Shown here one piece after another: positions 49,281-49,339 of a stretch of DNA of 49,339 bases (the stretch's first letter is position 1; each line of letters starts with the position of its first letter). The translations under genes were made by a program, and so were the position numbers. The notes under the pieces were generated by a model, which saw only the letters and a program-made list of their open reading frames with translations, was not told the DNA's origin and made no database searches. Source of the stretch: a virus; the IMG/VR virus record IMGVR_UViG_3300045988_118528, positions 1-49,339 of that record; one strand, given 5' to 3'.

Positions 49281-49293
49281 CTACTTCTAACAG

Positions 49294-49339
49294 TGGTGGA
49301 GACAAGCGGGATCGAACCGCTGACCTCTTGAATGCCATT
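49294..49339 (-). tRNA. tRNA-Ala (anticodon GGC), 3' 46 nt only; the rest lies beyond the window edge (attR core)
   Basis: The reverse complement gives anticodon loop AUGGCAU, variable loop AGGTC, T-arm AGCGG-TTCGATC-CCGCT, acceptor 3' strand TGTCTCC with T at position 70 (compatible with G3:U70), discriminator A and CCA. Near-identical in this part to enterobacterial tRNA-Ala(GGC), as I remember it. Confidence 0.75.

Larger units (their letters stand above)
47..49293. mobile_element. Integrated temperate tailed prophage (contractile tail, Mu-like baseplate genes), apparently complete
   Basis: Bounded by exact direct repeats at a tRNA 3' end. The integrase is adjacent to the right repeat. 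Complete lysogeny, replication, packaging, head, tail and lysis modules lie between. Confidence 0.9.

Overview
Bases 47..49293 are one integrated temperate tailed prophage of about 49.2 kb, with contractile-tail and Mu-like baseplate gene content. It is bounded by an exact direct repeat of at least 46 bp (1..46 = 49294..49339). That repeat is the 3' end of a minus-strand tRNA-Ala(GGC) gene whose 5' half lies beyond the right edge of the window. A tyrosine integrase sits next to the right copy.

Layout from right to left:
- A plus-strand lysogeny operon: XRE repressor, ImmA-type metalloprotease, two AT-rich membrane/secreted cargo proteins, and int.
- A divergent minus-strand early operon. It holds a Cro-like protein, small HTH proteins and tiny membrane ORFs, then Gp157-like, Rad52-like annealase and NinB/HNH-like proteins. 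A replisome organizer with internal iteron/AT-rich repeats follows, then a pentapeptide-repeat protein, a MazG-like protein, a large GC-richer C5 methyltransferase, DUF1064, YopX and an ArpU-like late regulator.
- A phage tRNA-Lys(UUU).
- A late operon of about 29 kb. Packaging and head genes come first: terS, terL, portal with an extra C-terminal domain, MuF, scaffold, capsid and connectors. Tail genes follow: sheath, a plus-strand hicAB moron, tube, a chaperone with a -1 frameshift, tape measure, hub and spike. A six-gene insertion then precedes the baseplate J/I-like genes, the fibres and the holin/amidase lysis genes.
- An AT-rich left-end accessory region: a DUF3800 protein, a truncated serine recombinase, and a dual-frame membrane/coiled-coil locus.

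Second-look items, most interesting first:
1. A protein-like 135-codon ORF embedded in the +1 frame of the methyltransferase gene, across motifs VI-VIII.
2. A promoter-plus-terminator-flanked structured RNA, antisense to the late operon, between the portal and MuF genes.
3. The lysogeny-operon cargo pair.
4. Two nearly co-extensive overlapping ORFs next to the lysis genes.
5. A pentapeptide-repeat (DNA-mimic-type) protein encoded by near-perfect 15-bp repeats.
6. An atypical tRNA-Lys.
7. Several strong intrinsic terminators inside the late operon with no room for restart promoters.

Host identity is not determinable from the window. The gene families and GGAGG ribosome-binding sites look Firmicutes-like, while the lysis and secreted proteins hint at a diderm envelope. 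That host reading is speculation.
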